Positions 24,906-38,085 are shown, numbered from the whole stretch's first letter. The stretch is 63,668 nucleotides of DNA, filler included, from Octopus bimaculoides (GCF_001194135.2; 10 parts of 10 records of this genome joined end to end with filler, not necessarily neighbours in it), one strand, 5' to 3'. Notes: generated by a model not told the origin, from the sequence alone. Program-made: numbers and translations.

Positions 24906-25148
24906 ACTGGTTGAAGACTGGTCGAAGACTGTTGAAGACTGGTCGAAGACTGTTGAAGACTGGTCGAAGACTGTTGAAGACTGGTCGAAGACTGTTGAAG
25001 ACTGGTCGAAGACTGTTGAAGACTGGTCGAAGACTGTTGAAGACTGGTCGAAGACTGTTGAAGACTGGTCGAAGACTGGTCGAAGACTGTTGAAGACTGG
25101 TCGAAGACTGTTGAAGACTGGTCGAAGACTGTTGAAGACTGGTCGAAG
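24906..25148. repeat. 21-bp minisatellite (GAAGACTGTTGAAGACTGGTC) about x11, with one extra 11-mer
   Basis: Directly visible, homogeneous units built of 10- and 11-bp subunits. Confidence 0.97.
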
Positions 25149-25299
25149 TCTGTCGGATCTTACTCGACAATTGGAGCTCAACTGCGAGCTGCTCATGTTT
25201 AAGTGGCGGTCGGTACGATGGCGTTTTTTAGGTAGGAGTAACGTTTCTATTTTCTTATTGTTTAAATAGATAAGATCAGCATACCTCCATTAATTGAAT

Positions 25300-26350
25300 C
25301 TTTGTTCATGAAATCTGTGCGGGTTCGGCATGTGGTTTCTAGGTTGCATGTGGATGATGTGTGCTTTGGATAAGCAAAGGACAAAATAAAATGTGATATT
25401 ATCTACATGAGAACAGATGCTGTAGGGCGTAGTGGCAAGTATTTCATAGACGTATATAGAAGGAAAAGAATGAGGCAAAACCGGAACCTGGGTCACGCTA
25501 TAGTTGATTGAATGACAAAGAGAAAGTACACTGTCAAAGCACACTGGGATAAGGCAAGCTACTTCGAAACTATCAATCCAAGCGATCAGAGACAAGTACA
25601 ATACATAGAGTAGAAATTTCAGTGGGAATTATCTGTGCTAGAAATAGTTGGAAACTTTACTGATATCGAGCTGACAATATTTCTTCAAGGTGAGCGGTCA
25701 CAGCGGGGTAATATTGGAGAGAAGGTCACTGATAGATTGGGATTTTGGGAAAATCGTTCTGATAGTCGTTAAGGATAGAGAGAGGAGGGAGGAGAAAAGT
25801 GAAAGAGGAGTGGAGGGAAAGTGAGAGAGAGAGAGAGAGAGAAATGAGAACGTCGTTTTATGGCTGTTTCCATTACTTTCCAATTGAGTGTGATGAGTCA
25901 GTAGTTGTCAAGATCATAGTGGTTACTTCTTTGAGGAAAATGGAACAAACTGTAGCGTGTGTAGAAGCCTGGGGTGAGGAAGAGAGAGATTGTATTGCTT
26001 GGTTACTACAGTAGCAAGCTTTGATGTACAACGTTAGAGATTAATAAGAGGAGCATTGTCAGGGCCAGCAATCTTCTTGGTTTGTAGTGACCGGAGTTAT
26101 TTTTGCACTAAGCGTATGTATATGCAAAGCGAAGGATTTGTAAGTGTAGGAGATTGGGAGTGTGGAGTTGCTGCAAAGGCGGTAAGGAAGTGGAAACTGT
26201 CACAGTAGTGTACTGTTCTCGATTGTGAAGTAAAAGTAAAGAAGATTCTAAGAAGTTGGGGAATATTCTTTAGATGGGGATTTCTGCAGTTTGATAGTTG
26301 CAGTTCGGAGAGAGGTCGTATAGGAACGGCGTCGAAGGTTAACGTAGGTA
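25300..26350 (-). mobile_element. Degraded LINE RT fragment similar to 22563-23100
   Basis: SINYSVTQVPVLPHSFPSIYVYEILATTPYSICSHVDNIT (RT motifs B/C) and DLDNY*LITLNWKVMETAIKR (NYRPI region). Confidence 0.55.
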
Positions 26351-27412
26351 GAAAAAATTTCCAGGTCTTACAGACCTTTTTTTATCTGAGCAGTTATAGT
26401 ACAATTAGAGTAAATCACTTTGAAAGGAGCATTGGATTTTTATTGAGTATGGTATATAGAGAGACATGTCTAGCTGTTTCGGTTGGGCCAGGACTAAAGC
26501 ATGTATGCTACCAGAGACAGCTAGCGTATTTTTTTTTTATCGGCATAGAATTTGATATAGTATTTAGTACAAACATGTAGTGTAAACATTCAAACATCGT
26601 CACTATCTTTCCAAATTCTGCTGTGTTTGATCTTCTACAGTCGTCTTGGTGTATAAGTCGACCTACCTTTTTTTAGCTGTAGACTTGTAGATCTTTATCT
26701 AAAACAATTTGACCTGTCAGTCGGAAAATACGGTAAAACAAAAGTAGCGGAGACTTATTGGGGACAGTGAAGGAACCAGAGCAACTGGAAGTTACTTGTT
26801 GCTGAACAAAGTTTTGATCACGATTGCGTTGCACGTCATTCATTAGAAATTAGTTTTATCAGCTATTTGCTTTCTCATACTGATCTGAAATCCAAGGCAC
26901 AAAAAAAATCACACCTGTATATTTTCTCAACCTTCAAACACTATGTCGATCGTAAAGTATTCAGTATTCTAATTCCAACAACCTGGTAAGTGATGAAACA
27001 TTGTCATTACATATAGGTATATGAAAATAAAGGGAGCTAAAAAAGGCAAGGAACGTATAAAACACGAAGAAACAGGTTTTATTGACATGACCACGTCAGC
27101 TAATTACCAATAAATATACCTAATTATTGTTAATAAGTATAATAAAATGAAAGCTCATTTGTTCATTGCCGCATGACAAGAGGCGGCTTCAATGCAATAA
27201 AACTATTTTCACTAAGTTTTACTCTGGAAAAACTAACTTCTTTTTCTTTCTTTTTTTTTTTTTCTCATTTGTTTTGATTTGTACATTTTCTGTTTTGTCC
27301 CATAAGATATGGAGCTGTTAAAATACATGACCCCTTTACACATATTACAAAACTTCATTTTGTCTCACATCTTTACTCTTTTACATGTTTCAACTCGAGA
27401 GTCTTGGCTATC

Positions 27413-27453
<41 letters not shown>

Positions 27454-27463
27454 NNNNNNNNNN

Positions 27464-27519
<56 letters not shown>

Positions 27520-28135
27520 TGACGAAGCAAAATGAATACCTTCAAATCTACTGTTTGAACATAAAAAATTGTTGTTTCAACATTCCTTTATTTTTAAGAA
27601 CAAAATTTAAAAAAAAGAAAACTAGAAATAAAAAAGAAATTACATAGTTTTCACATATTTCTGTCCAAGTTTTTTCACTGTGACAAAACATAGGATTCTA
27701 AAATACCTTGTTCGAAAAATTGAATAGTCATTTTAAAAGTCTCACCGGTAGTGTTTATATATTTATAGTTTATTTGATTTTATAATTGCGGATCAGTGCT
27801 TTGAAGTAAAAACATGATATCATATTAATAATAAGGGTGAAGTAAACAACGCAACCTTACCCATTTAAAGTTTTAAAGATGTTACCGACGTTCGGAAAGG
27901 GAAATAGTTTAATCTTGAAACCTGTCTTATTAAGAGAATGAACCAAATTATTCTTGGCAATGGGTAAGTTAATCAAAGAGGCCACAAAGACATATTCATC
28001 AATTACCACATGAAAATTCTACTGCTCGCGAAACACTTTGAATACCTTAGTGAAGTTAATTCACTGTATGTTTCGACTAATGTTTGGTGAAATATCATTA
28101 ACTGCAATATACACCATAACAATCCCAATGGTTTC

Positions 28136-28365
28136 TTAAATGAAAGAGTAACACCACTTATTATTCTGACATTGAATATTGTTACTACTGCTTTCATCGT
28201 AGATGGTACATATTTTACTATCTTTGTTGTATATGATTGAAGTTGATTTTTCACGGAGAGCAAATGCAGCACATTCTATTCTACTTCTAACAACCACTGA
28301 TTTCTTCTCTTGTACATTGTTTAATTCAAATTTTCTTGTCATTGCTGAAGTATAGTGATTCTGAT
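28136..28365 (-). CDS. Terminal coding exon of a spliced gene: PAN/apple-like domain
   Basis: Strong acceptor atttatttttcag|AT (phase 1). Encodes VRSRIECAAFALREKSTSIIYNKDSKICTIY...CQNNKWC, then TAA. Confidence 0.72.
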
Positions 28366-29134
28366 CTGAAAAATAAATGATCGCATATACAGTTTGCATG
28401 AAAGGAAAACACAATATACCAATCAAAGACAAAAATATTTTTTTAATCCATAAATAGCAACTATATTACTCAAAGTAGCTGCCCTCACCTTCCACAACTT
28501 ATTAGGACGCAGAGTCCATGTGATTAGAAATTGATCGTTTAAATTTTACCTAATATTGAACGTTGAAATGCTGCTAAAACATCAAATTCATTTGAAAAAT
28601 ATATCTATAATTATATTTAAAATTACATTTGAATATATTTGTAAAAGCTTATGTGAGGGAGGGGGTGAAAAGACCGAGGTAACTTATCATGAGGAGTGTA
28701 ATATACAAAGAATTAGATTGGGAAATGTCAATAAAGATCGGATGAAAAGTATGTTTATATTTATATTATGAGTACAGGTTAGAGCTCTCAATAAATGCTG
28801 GTTTTCTAGCCAAAGATAATATATTTCTCAGTTACAATAGATTGAAATTACACCGGACGAAGTATGCCCATCCTGTAAACATTAAAGTAATAGGAGCTAA
28901 TGAAGAATCTTCTATGTTTATCTCCCCAACACTTAGAATAAGTAACCGATTCTTCAATAGTTCACATTCATTCCCTAGGGCCACCGCCAGTCAAAGCTAA
29001 GCATATATCTATATGTGGGGTGGGGGGGATCACCCTGAGGAAGTCTGGCAGTTCTCCATGTAAGAAGTCCAAAAGGTGAAGAACCAGCGCAAACATGGAG
29101 GGTAAATGAGAGCAATCAAAATTTACATACTAAC

Positions 29135-29371
29135 CTTCAGCGTCGGATGGAAGAGCAGTTGATACTTGACTTGTTGTAGCTGAACTATAGGTGGACTCGT
29201 CGGTTTTAGTAGTTAAACTTGTGGTGGTAATGGTCTTGGCTGTTTCGCTCGTTTCTTGTATCGTTATGTCTTGTATTGCTTCAGTGGTCACAACGTATTT
29301 CATTTCATATATGACATTCCTCTTACAGATTGGGGTGTTAGTCTTTGTATTCGCAGCTATGTAACTGAAAC
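29135..29371 (-). CDS. Internal coding exon: Cys segment plus Thr/Ser-rich mucin-like stalk
   Basis: Acceptor tctttctctcccttgtttttag|GT and donor GAAG|gttagt. 237 bp, phase 1-1, joining in frame to the 28365 exon (G+AT = Asp). Confidence 0.75.
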
Positions 29372-29427
29372 CTAAAAACAAGAGGGAGAGAAAGACTCTG
29401 CATTATATATATATGTGTGTGTGTGTG

Positions 29428-29466
<39 letters not shown>

Positions 29467-30049
29467 NNNNNNNNNNNNNNNNNNNNNNNNNNNNNNNNNN
29501 NNNNNNNNNNNNNNNNNNNNNNNNNNNNNNNNNNNNNNNNNNNNNNNNNNNNNNNNNNNNNNNNNNNNNNNNNNNNNNNNNNNNNNNNNNNNNNNNNNNN
29601 NNNNNNNNNNNNNNNNNNNNNNNNNNNNNNNNNNNNNNNNNNNNNNNNNNNNNNNNNNNNNNNNNNNNNNNNNNNNNNNNNNNNNNNNNNNNNNNNNNNN
29701 NNNNNNNNNNNNNNNNNNNNNNNNNNNNNNNNNNNNNNNNNNNNNNNNNNNNNNNNNNNNNNNNNNNNNNNNNNNNNNNNNNNNNNNNNNNNNNNNNNNN
29801 NNNNNNNNNNNNNNNNNNNNNNNNNNNNNNNNNNNNNNNNNNNNNNNNNNNNNNNNNNNNNNNNNNNNNNNNNNNNNNNNNNNNNNNNNNNNNNNNNNNN
29901 NNNNNNNNNNNNNNNNNNNNNNNNNNNNNNNNNNNNNNNNNNNNNNNNNNNNNNNNNNNNATATATATATATATACATATACAGGGTATCCATAGATTAT
30001 CTTTACAACTTGAAACAACAATGAAATAAAAATAACTCAGCGGAGTTTA

Positions 30050-30420
30050 TTGGAGAACATTGATTTATTAGAAACAGCACCATGTTGTGTCAGTTATAAG
30101 GCCATCTCCAACACGTCAGCCAATTTTTATGCAAGATAATGCGCCATGTCACAGTACTAAAATAGTTAAGGAGGTGTTTGAGGCTGAAAAAATTACTGTC
30201 ATGCGTTGGCCAACCCTGACCTTATGAAAGATACTTGGTGATAAGGTCAGAGAAAAACCGACTTCTGAAAGTTACGATTTTGGAGGAAAAACTTCAGGAA
30301 GAACTAAATAAATTTACGTCAGAACAATGTAAGAAATTGGTCAAATACTGTGGACGAAGTACTGAAGTCATAAAAATAAGCTATGTACACATCTTATTAC
30401 TATATTGATGTGGATTGTAA
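30050..30420 (+). mobile_element. Tc1-family transposase remnant (intronic)
   Basis: Manual translation QPIFMQDNAPCHSTKIVKEVFEAEKITVMRWP matches the Tc1 second catalytic Asp region. Confidence 0.8.
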
Positions 30421-30680
30421 AAATTTCTGGCAATTTTGATTTCTTGAATTTCATGTCATAAGTTCTCTAATTTTGTCCATCTTGTATTTATCAAATAAAC
30501 ATTTTTTCTATTGTAAATTATTTAGTCGATCACTTCCTACAAAATTTATTGTAAAGAATGAACGTGTTTTAAAGTATATACAGTAAAAATCCCATTTGGA
30601 AACATGAAGTAGAAATGCAAATATCTTTAAATTTTATTTTCTTCTCTAATTTGGGCCACTACTATGTTTTGTACGGAGAA

Positions 30681-30713
<33 letters not shown>

Positions 30714-30714
30714 G

Positions 30715-30759
<45 letters not shown>

Positions 30760-30763
30760 TATG

Positions 30764-30826
<63 letters not shown>

Positions 30827-31292
30827 GTGTGTGTGTGTGTGTTGGGTATTTAAATTGTGTCCAGTAGGTGGTCCCTGTTATGGGAGTTCTAGGGTATTAA
30901 GAACCGTGGAACCACCCCTTAGCCACTATTATTCACAAGTCTACACTGACTCGGAGTAGTAGCACCTATTAAGGGGCCCAGCTAAGGGTTAACTAGCGAA
31001 TGGGAGTGAATAACCTCTAATTCTTCTTAGAACTTTTTTTTCTGAATGAAGGCAAACTGGTACAAAAAAACCTGAAGTGCAATTGGTTTCTGGTCGTCTC
31101 AATCTCTGTGGTGCATTGGTTTTCAAGCTGATCGCACTGAAAAGTGGTTTCAGCGTTGTACAACATTTTATCTACTCAAAGCAAATTCACGCACGGAGAC
31201 CTCTTGCACACCTGAAACATTTGCATGGAGTTACTGTGTTGAAGAAGTGGTCTTACCCGGTCACGAGTTGATTTCTACCGAACGGATGGATG

Positions 31293-31377
<85 letters not shown>

Positions 31378-33325
31378 GTTGGTAGATAGATAGATACACA
31401 CATACGTGTATATATATATATGTATGCATGTATATATGGAGAAATAGTCAAGGTAGAAAATGCCAACGACCTCGAACCCACAAGAGTGAACAAGAGAGAT
31501 AGAGACAGACAGAAACGAGGAAAATGCCCTTTGTATTTGAATACTATGCAAATTTTCTGTTAAAAAAACTTTTCTGTTAATTTTTCCAAAATTCAATTGT
31601 TTTCTATACTTACAGTTGAAAAATCTCAATGACTGAAACCGGTACTGAAATGTTTTTTATAAAATTATTTTAGCATTTTCTACCTTGACTTTTTTCCATA
31701 TATATCAACTAATGTGTTCCTTTTCAACCTATATACCTATATATATATATATATATATATATAAAACTTACCGTTAATAAAAGCCGGATTGCGTTGCGTT
31801 CCGTTTATAAATGAAAAAATGTATTGTAAATAAACAAACAACAGATAAAAAACATATAATGTATACTGAGTGNNNNNNNNNNNNNNNNNNNNNNNNNNNN
31901 NNNNNNNNNNNNNNNNTTAATTAATTAANNNNNNNNNNNNNNNNNNNNNNNNNNNNNNNNNNNNNNNNNNNNATATGTATATATATGTATGTATGTATGT
32001 CTATATATATATGGTATAGTTCCTCAATAAGACGCAATATCTCTTTACGGAAAAGGCTATTTGATCATTCAGAGAATCAACAGATCAACCATGGTTTATT
32101 GCTGACACTTGTAAAGTCTTATGAAATATTTCTACGCATACAATACTTACAGGAATACCTTGGAGTTGATGTAATTCTTTCGCTCTAATATTAAAAAAAA
32201 AGAAAAAATTAAAATAGACTCAGTTTGATACATTTCACTGCGTATGGTATACAGCGAGATTTCACAGCTAATTTTTCTTTTTTTCTTGAGAAGACTAAAG
32301 TGCGGAGCAGGTTCAAATTCCGTGCCGATATTATTTATTTATCGCATTGCATTCTCAAGCGTTGATATTTGGCTTTACAGCTGCATTAACGAAAGTAATG
32401 AAAACCGAATAAAAATCAATAAAAACGTATCGTATTGCTTAGACCCTATATCAAACAATTACATTTGTATCGTACGTGCTCAGGATGTATCTCTTACACT
32501 GCCAGATGACAAATACTTTTCTTTTTATAAGATTCATGCTTTTGTGTTTTCCATCAGGCACTTGTGTCTCTGCAGGCGAAGAATTTTCTATTGTCCTTTA
32601 ACGAATGCCCACACGATAACAAAAGCTTTCATATTACTATTATAGCACCAGTAAGGAATGCAACTTAGTGGCAAATTTAAGTGAAGTTGCAAAGGATAAT
32701 CTCTATAGTCTGTCCTAATGACAAGTTGGCAACCAATTTCCTGCTGGTTTCCGGTAATAAATTTGCGAAAGCCAATATTAGATTACACGTGCAATGAGAT
32801 TTAATGGATTGAAAGCTTTCTCTTTTCTCCCGAAGATCATTAAAAGAGTCCGATTTTTTTTACATCCAAATTCAAAGATTATATAATGAATTTGCTTTAG
32901 TATTAAATCGATATCCAGCTAGCCGACGCCTCATCCGGTAAAAACAAAAGAAATATTTCACATCTTTTCAAGGCTTCTTTATCCTTAGATAAATCTTCCA
33001 TTAAAATTCTCTGCATGTTTCGCTTTGGTTTAGAATATATCGCTAAGCATAGCTGTTGCCCGAAAAGAAAAAGCTCCCTAAATCATGATGGTATTTCGAT
33101 GCCATGTAGTATACATATAGATGCAGGCAATGATGTATCAACCAGATGTTTGCTCCACAGTCGTATGCTTTTGGGTTCGATATACTGAGTGGCGCTCTGG
33201 ATAAACTTATAAGTTACTATAGTAAAGCTATAGTAACTTGTGAGCAAAATTTGGTAAACGGAAACTGCGATAGTCCGTTACATAATATATATATATCTGC
33301 TGTGTGTGTAATATGTACATATAGG

Positions 33326-33477
<152 letters not shown>

Positions 33478-33482
33478 TTTCC

Positions 33483-33715
33483 CAAAAAATGGAACAAGGA
33501 CGCAACAGACGACAATAAAACATCCGGACAGATAGACGATACACAGACGGACAGGAAAAACAACAAAAAGACGGCAGGAGAAAACAAGGATTGGTCATTC
33601 GTAGCCTTCTCTTCTCAGTTAAGTTTCCATATTATCCTTACAGTTTCGGCCGGTTATACTCGAGACTGTTCAAATCTGGCTGGCCCCAAAAATCTACGAC
33701 AACAATAACAAAAAA
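33483..33715 (+). mobile_element. Unclassified dispersed repeat; reverse-complement copy at 56335-56540
   Basis: Shared gatagacgatac...gtcattcg.ag..ttct.t.ctcagt...attatc.tt.ca.tttcgg..ggttat.ctcga...caaatctgg. Confidence 0.65.
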
Positions 33716-33800
33716 ACAAAACAAAAAAAAACGCAGAGATGAACATAAGAGATGCTCTTGAAAAACTAGAGTTAAAGGAGTGTATTTGCTATGTGCTTAC

Positions 33801-34000
33801 AGTGTACGACCACTCTGAAATTGACATCAGGTAACGAAAAATGAAGACATGAAGATTTTAACTTCAGTTCACGAATACTGCTTTGAATCTTTAGCAGTTC
33901 GCAGTGAAAAGATGTCGGGTTCGAAATATCATAATGGATAGGTAGATAAGCATCCTTAAAGTAAAGCAACGCATTGGTAAGTGAGGGAAGGGAACACCAA
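33801..34000 (-). CDS. Candidate internal coding exon (phase 2 to phase 1) of the 28-37 kb gene
   Basis: Open frame WCSLPSL...FHCELL...SSCLHF...VVH. Donor CACT|gtaagc. Pyrimidine-rich tract ending gaaag at the acceptor. The phases exactly bridge the neighbouring exons (T+GT = Cys). Confidence 0.55.
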
Positions 34001-34379
34001 CTTTCAAGTAACACAGAATAGGTAAAGGTAAGCTTACCAAAGTTTAATGCAGTTTAAATATGGAGATTAAGATTGTTTGGTATTGGATATTCATCGCGTA
34101 CAGTGTTCCTTGTCAATTTAATCACCGTTGCAGGTGGACAATCGAAATAAATAGACAAAATCCCTTCACTTGTATGACATTCTCTAACCAAGTAAAATTA
34201 CACAATTACAACATATAAATAAGTAATAAATCAAAAAATCTGAAAACTACTAAAAAATATTAGAGAAAACCCCGTGTAAACCACCGTTTTTCCCGGTTTG
34301 TCCATTTACGTGGGAGCTCTGGGTAAAATGTTATAGTGCATCACCATCCTTGGAACATAAGTAATGTGTGTGTAACATA

Positions 34380-35608
34380 TGGAGACAATCGGTTGAGAAT
34401 TGTGGAAATGTAAGCGTTACTCAATATACACACACGTACTGTGATTTATATATACTAGATAATCGACTAGATTCCTTAGTACTAACCATAAGAAAATTTA
34501 GTGGTGATATTCGGATGACATTCAGAATTGAAAAATGTGTTATAATGGGGCTGAAGCTTCGAAATGATTCACAAAAATACTGGAATAGATCTATCTGACG
34601 CAGAGAATATAAAATCATTGTATTGAAGCATATTAGTAATTTGGAATACTGGAATGTGATAAAATCCAAATTATAGAAATGAAGGAAGTCCTCAGTAAAG
34701 AGTCATTTCGGAGAATAAAGATTATAAATCCATAATGAATGCAAGGAATATACGAGAAATCAACACGAGAGCAGTATGATAAATAAGGCATGAAACAAGG
34801 ATCATCGAGTGGAAGAAGGAGTAGGCTAAAAGATATCAACAAGAAGACGAGGGAGCAGTTCACAGTGCGGAGAAGCCTCCTGCATCTCAATTGAGAAATG
34901 GTCTGTTTATCATGGAAAAGGACAGAAGGTGGAATGGAATTAATGGGTTTTAAAGAGACTGTAAAACAAGAAGAAATAAATTTAGGAGTGCGATTGAAAT
35001 TCTCCTTAGAGAAGCAATAAGTGGAGAATTATTTACAAAGTTAGTCAAACACCGAATGAAGAATAAATGGAAATTATAAACACAAAAAGGAAGTAAAATT
35101 TTGAATGTAAAAAAAAAAAAAGCTTGATCCACCGTTTTTGAAACAGACGAAAGAAAGAAGGAATGACAAGAGCAAAAATGGCTTTAGCTACAGAAAGGAG
35201 CATCGAACCAATTGAAGAAAGAGACGAGGAAATGATTTTAATAGCACACGTGTAGACCTTACGGTTAAATTGGATTAAAATGCAACAACAACAATTAAGC
35301 AGCACTGTTCACCCGAATGTAGAATGTGACGATATAGACAAGACTATCAATCACAATGTATCAGAATGGCCACAATATACGGGAAATAATTACAAAACTT
35401 TAAGAATGATAAAATTGCTACAATAATAGTTTACTGGATTTTTTGCAAATGGTTCGGATCTGCATACACATTAAAAATTTATAACTATTTTGTAGGAAGA
35501 AAAACAAAATTCCTCGCTAAAGTTGCAGTCAAATTTATCAGATTTTACTATACAAATCAAAAGGAGATTAGAACACAGCAAGCCGGATATTATCAAGCGT
35601 CGATAAGA
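34380..35608 (+). mobile_element. Decayed non-LTR retrotransposon with restriction-like endonuclease (R4/Dong/R2-type)
   Basis: LDSLVLTIRKFSGDIRMTFRIEKC (RT end), LIAHV*TLRLNWIK, a decayed CCHC region, and SDFTIQIKRRLEHSKPDII (RLE PD motif). Confidence 0.65.
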
Positions 35609-35609
35609 A

Positions 35610-35730
35610 AGGTGCAGGCGTGGCTGTATGGTAAGACGCTTGCATCCCAACCACATGGTCCCAGGTTCAGTTCTACGGCATGGTACCTTGGGCAAGTGTC
35701 TTCTATTATAGCTTTGGATCGACCATGATT
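35610..35730 (+). mobile_element. tRNA-derived SINE 5' part
   Basis: gtggctgtatggtaag (A box), ggttcagttc (B box), ccttgggcaagtgtcttcta (CORE-like). Confidence 0.8.
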
Positions 35731-36045
35731 ATAAATTTATTGCTTGAACAGACTTAGACGCCTCACGCAATACCTGGACTACTTCCATGAAAATGGACGT
35801 TGAACACATTCTTCAAATGGTGAGATGGTGGCTTATCTTTCATTAACAGCGTCAGTGGATAATCCCTGCCACATATCAAGGAATGAATCTTGGACAAACG
35901 CAAAAGATGAATTTTTCTTTAGTAGTTAATTCAGTGAAAATGTTGATGCTGGTTATATTAGATATTAATTAGATAACTGGAATGAATTCATAGAAAACTG
36001 GTTGGATATAACCCAATATTTTCAATATGGAAGAAAGGTTTATTC

Positions 36046-36106
<61 letters not shown>

Positions 36107-36409
36107 AACAATTAGAAAATGGAGGATAATATGCTGAACCCAACTACTTGCAGACGGTGTATCCCGTTGAATTCATTAATTTAATTCATAGCAAAAGTGA
36201 CAAAAAAAGGAAGGAAAGAAAAAGAAAGAAAGAACCAAAGCACAGGTGTCTATGGCAGAATTTTTACAAAACGTCTCAAAATGGCTCTTAATTAGATATT
36301 TATAATTATATTTATTCAAAAATCATTAACGAAGTCTGAAATTAGTTGATATAAAAATTTCTAAGGAAAGCCAATTAAATTTAGGAAAGGGTTGATGTTG
36401 AGTACTTAC

Positions 36410-36528
36410 TTCCTGTCAATAACGAATTCGTTGGAAACACCGCAGGAAATATCATGCCCGCTCTTCTCCAGGTCTGCTTCAGGTCCAGATCTCAGGTCAC
36501 AAACGCCAACATAAAAACTTTGCCAAAC
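36410..36528 (-). CDS. Candidate internal coding exon (phase 0 to phase 2)
   Basis: Consensus donor GGAA|gtaagt. Open frame VWQSFYVGVCDLRSGPEADLEKSGHDISCGVSNEFVIDR. The acceptor (aattag) is weak. Confidence 0.5.
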
Positions 36529-36831
36529 CTAATTGATTGATTGATTGATTGATTGACGAATGATTAATCAAACAATCGATTAGTTGAGTGCTTAAATAGT
36601 CAACCAATTGAGAAATGAAAAAAATAAGTGAATTAGGACCAGTGCGTGTGTTTATTACTGGCGTAATGATCCTCCTGAGATACAACAAAATATGTTTCGA
36701 CATAAGAATTCACATTAAGAATTTTGTAGACCAAAATATTTTAATAATATTCTTATACAATTCCTAATAATATTTAATCATAAATATACAATAAAGTTTC
36801 TTTTAAACATCGAATGGCTATGAGGGCTCAC

Positions 36832-36915
36832 CTGAGTAAAATAGGAATCGAAGGGATCCATAGCCAAAAAATGATTCAGAACCAGTGTTGTTAACCAAAT
36901 ACAGCAACGAAATAT
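36832..36915 (-). CDS. Candidate exon encoding most of a signal peptide
   Basis: Consensus donor CAG|gtgagc. Encodes IFRCCIWLTTLVLNHFLAMDPFDSYFTQ (84 bp, phase 0-0). The acceptor is weak and the start codon is unresolved. Confidence 0.45.
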
Positions 36916-37054
36916 CTACTATAATAATACTTTTGTGTCTTTCTCCGTCACAACATATGAATGAGAAAGGAAGGGGTGAAAAAAAATCAGCGTTTCAACT
37001 CTGTGTGAGTATATGTGTGTGTATGTAAAAGGAAGGTAGGTGAATGTGTGTTTG

Positions 37055-37085
<31 letters not shown>

Positions 37086-37954
37086 TGGAAATGGGATGGT
37101 GAACATTCAACGCCGGAAAGAAAAATCACACAGCGTTTCAACTCTGTGTGAGCATATGTGTGTATGTGTGTGCGTACACAAGTTAAGTATGTGAATGTTT
37201 GTATGTGTCACATCTCAAAATACAGCCACTAGATAGCGTTGAGAAGTGTATTAATTTGAACTAGCTGAACCCGTGAAAAATTCATGGAAAACAAAAAATG
37301 TAAGCTTCTGTAAACAGTGTACTGGTGCCATGAGAAATGTTTGTATATTATGACCGTCTGTCTTTACGCCCTGAGTTCAAATTCTGCCGAGATCGACTTT
37401 GCCTTTCGTCCTTTGGGGATCGATAAATTAAGTACCAATTGTGTACTGGGGTCGATCTAATAAACTGGCCGCCTCCCCACAAAAAATTCAGGCCTAGAAA
37501 AGTATATTGTGACAGTTACAGAATATAGAAAGTAATGTAATACCAACGACTATATAATCCAACCAAAATATCTCAGTTACNNNNNNNNNNAATATAGAAA
37601 GTAATGTAATACCAACGACTATATAATCCAACCAAAATATCTCAGTTACACAAACGTAAACGGAATTACTATTTAACCTTAAAATACATCGTACATATTA
37701 ACCTTCAAATACATCGTACATATTCAAAGAACCTTAATGTACAAATTGAAATGCAAAAGGATGAAATAATAAATGGATTCATGAATGAAAGTTTGGTAAT
37801 TGCGTTTATTTCCACCATTCGACACTTATTATTGTTTTAATTAACCTAAACTATACACACACACAAATACATCCATATATATGTTTCGAGTTTCCCCCGC
37901 TTTTGATTTAACAATGTGTATATGTATATGTATCTACTTCTCTTGCGATGTGAT

Positions 37955-38085
37955 AAACATTTAAAAACACAAAACGAACGCTGTCATCACACACTGTCTC
38001 TGTCACCCCCCTCTCTCTCTCTCTTACTTCCTCTCTGAAACATTTAAAAACACAAAACGAACGCTGTCATCACACACTGTCTCTC
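37955..38085. repeat. 83-bp-period direct duplication
   Basis: aaacatttaaaaacacaaaacgaacgctgtcatcacacactgtctct occurs twice. Confidence 0.9.

Noticed and set aside
24685-25269. Repeat-peptide ORFs, or a CRISPR-like reading of the 21-bp array
   Set aside because: Units are contiguous with no unique spacers, no cas genes are present, the context is eukaryotic, and no frame has non-repeat coding support.
26636-26734. Possible pogo-like MITE ends (gtgtataagtcgacc ... gaaaatacggta)
   Set aside because: The terminal repeats are too eroded to pair convincingly.
28366-28432. Apparent signal peptide at the start of ORF 28136-28432
   Set aside because: It starts at TTG, has no suitable in-frame ATG before the hydrophobic stretch, and coincides with the polypyrimidine tract of a strong acceptor; it is intronic.
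32200-33150. Possible hAT transposase relic (CFCVFHQALVS)
   Set aside because: One short degenerate motif only; I cannot support a family call without a search.
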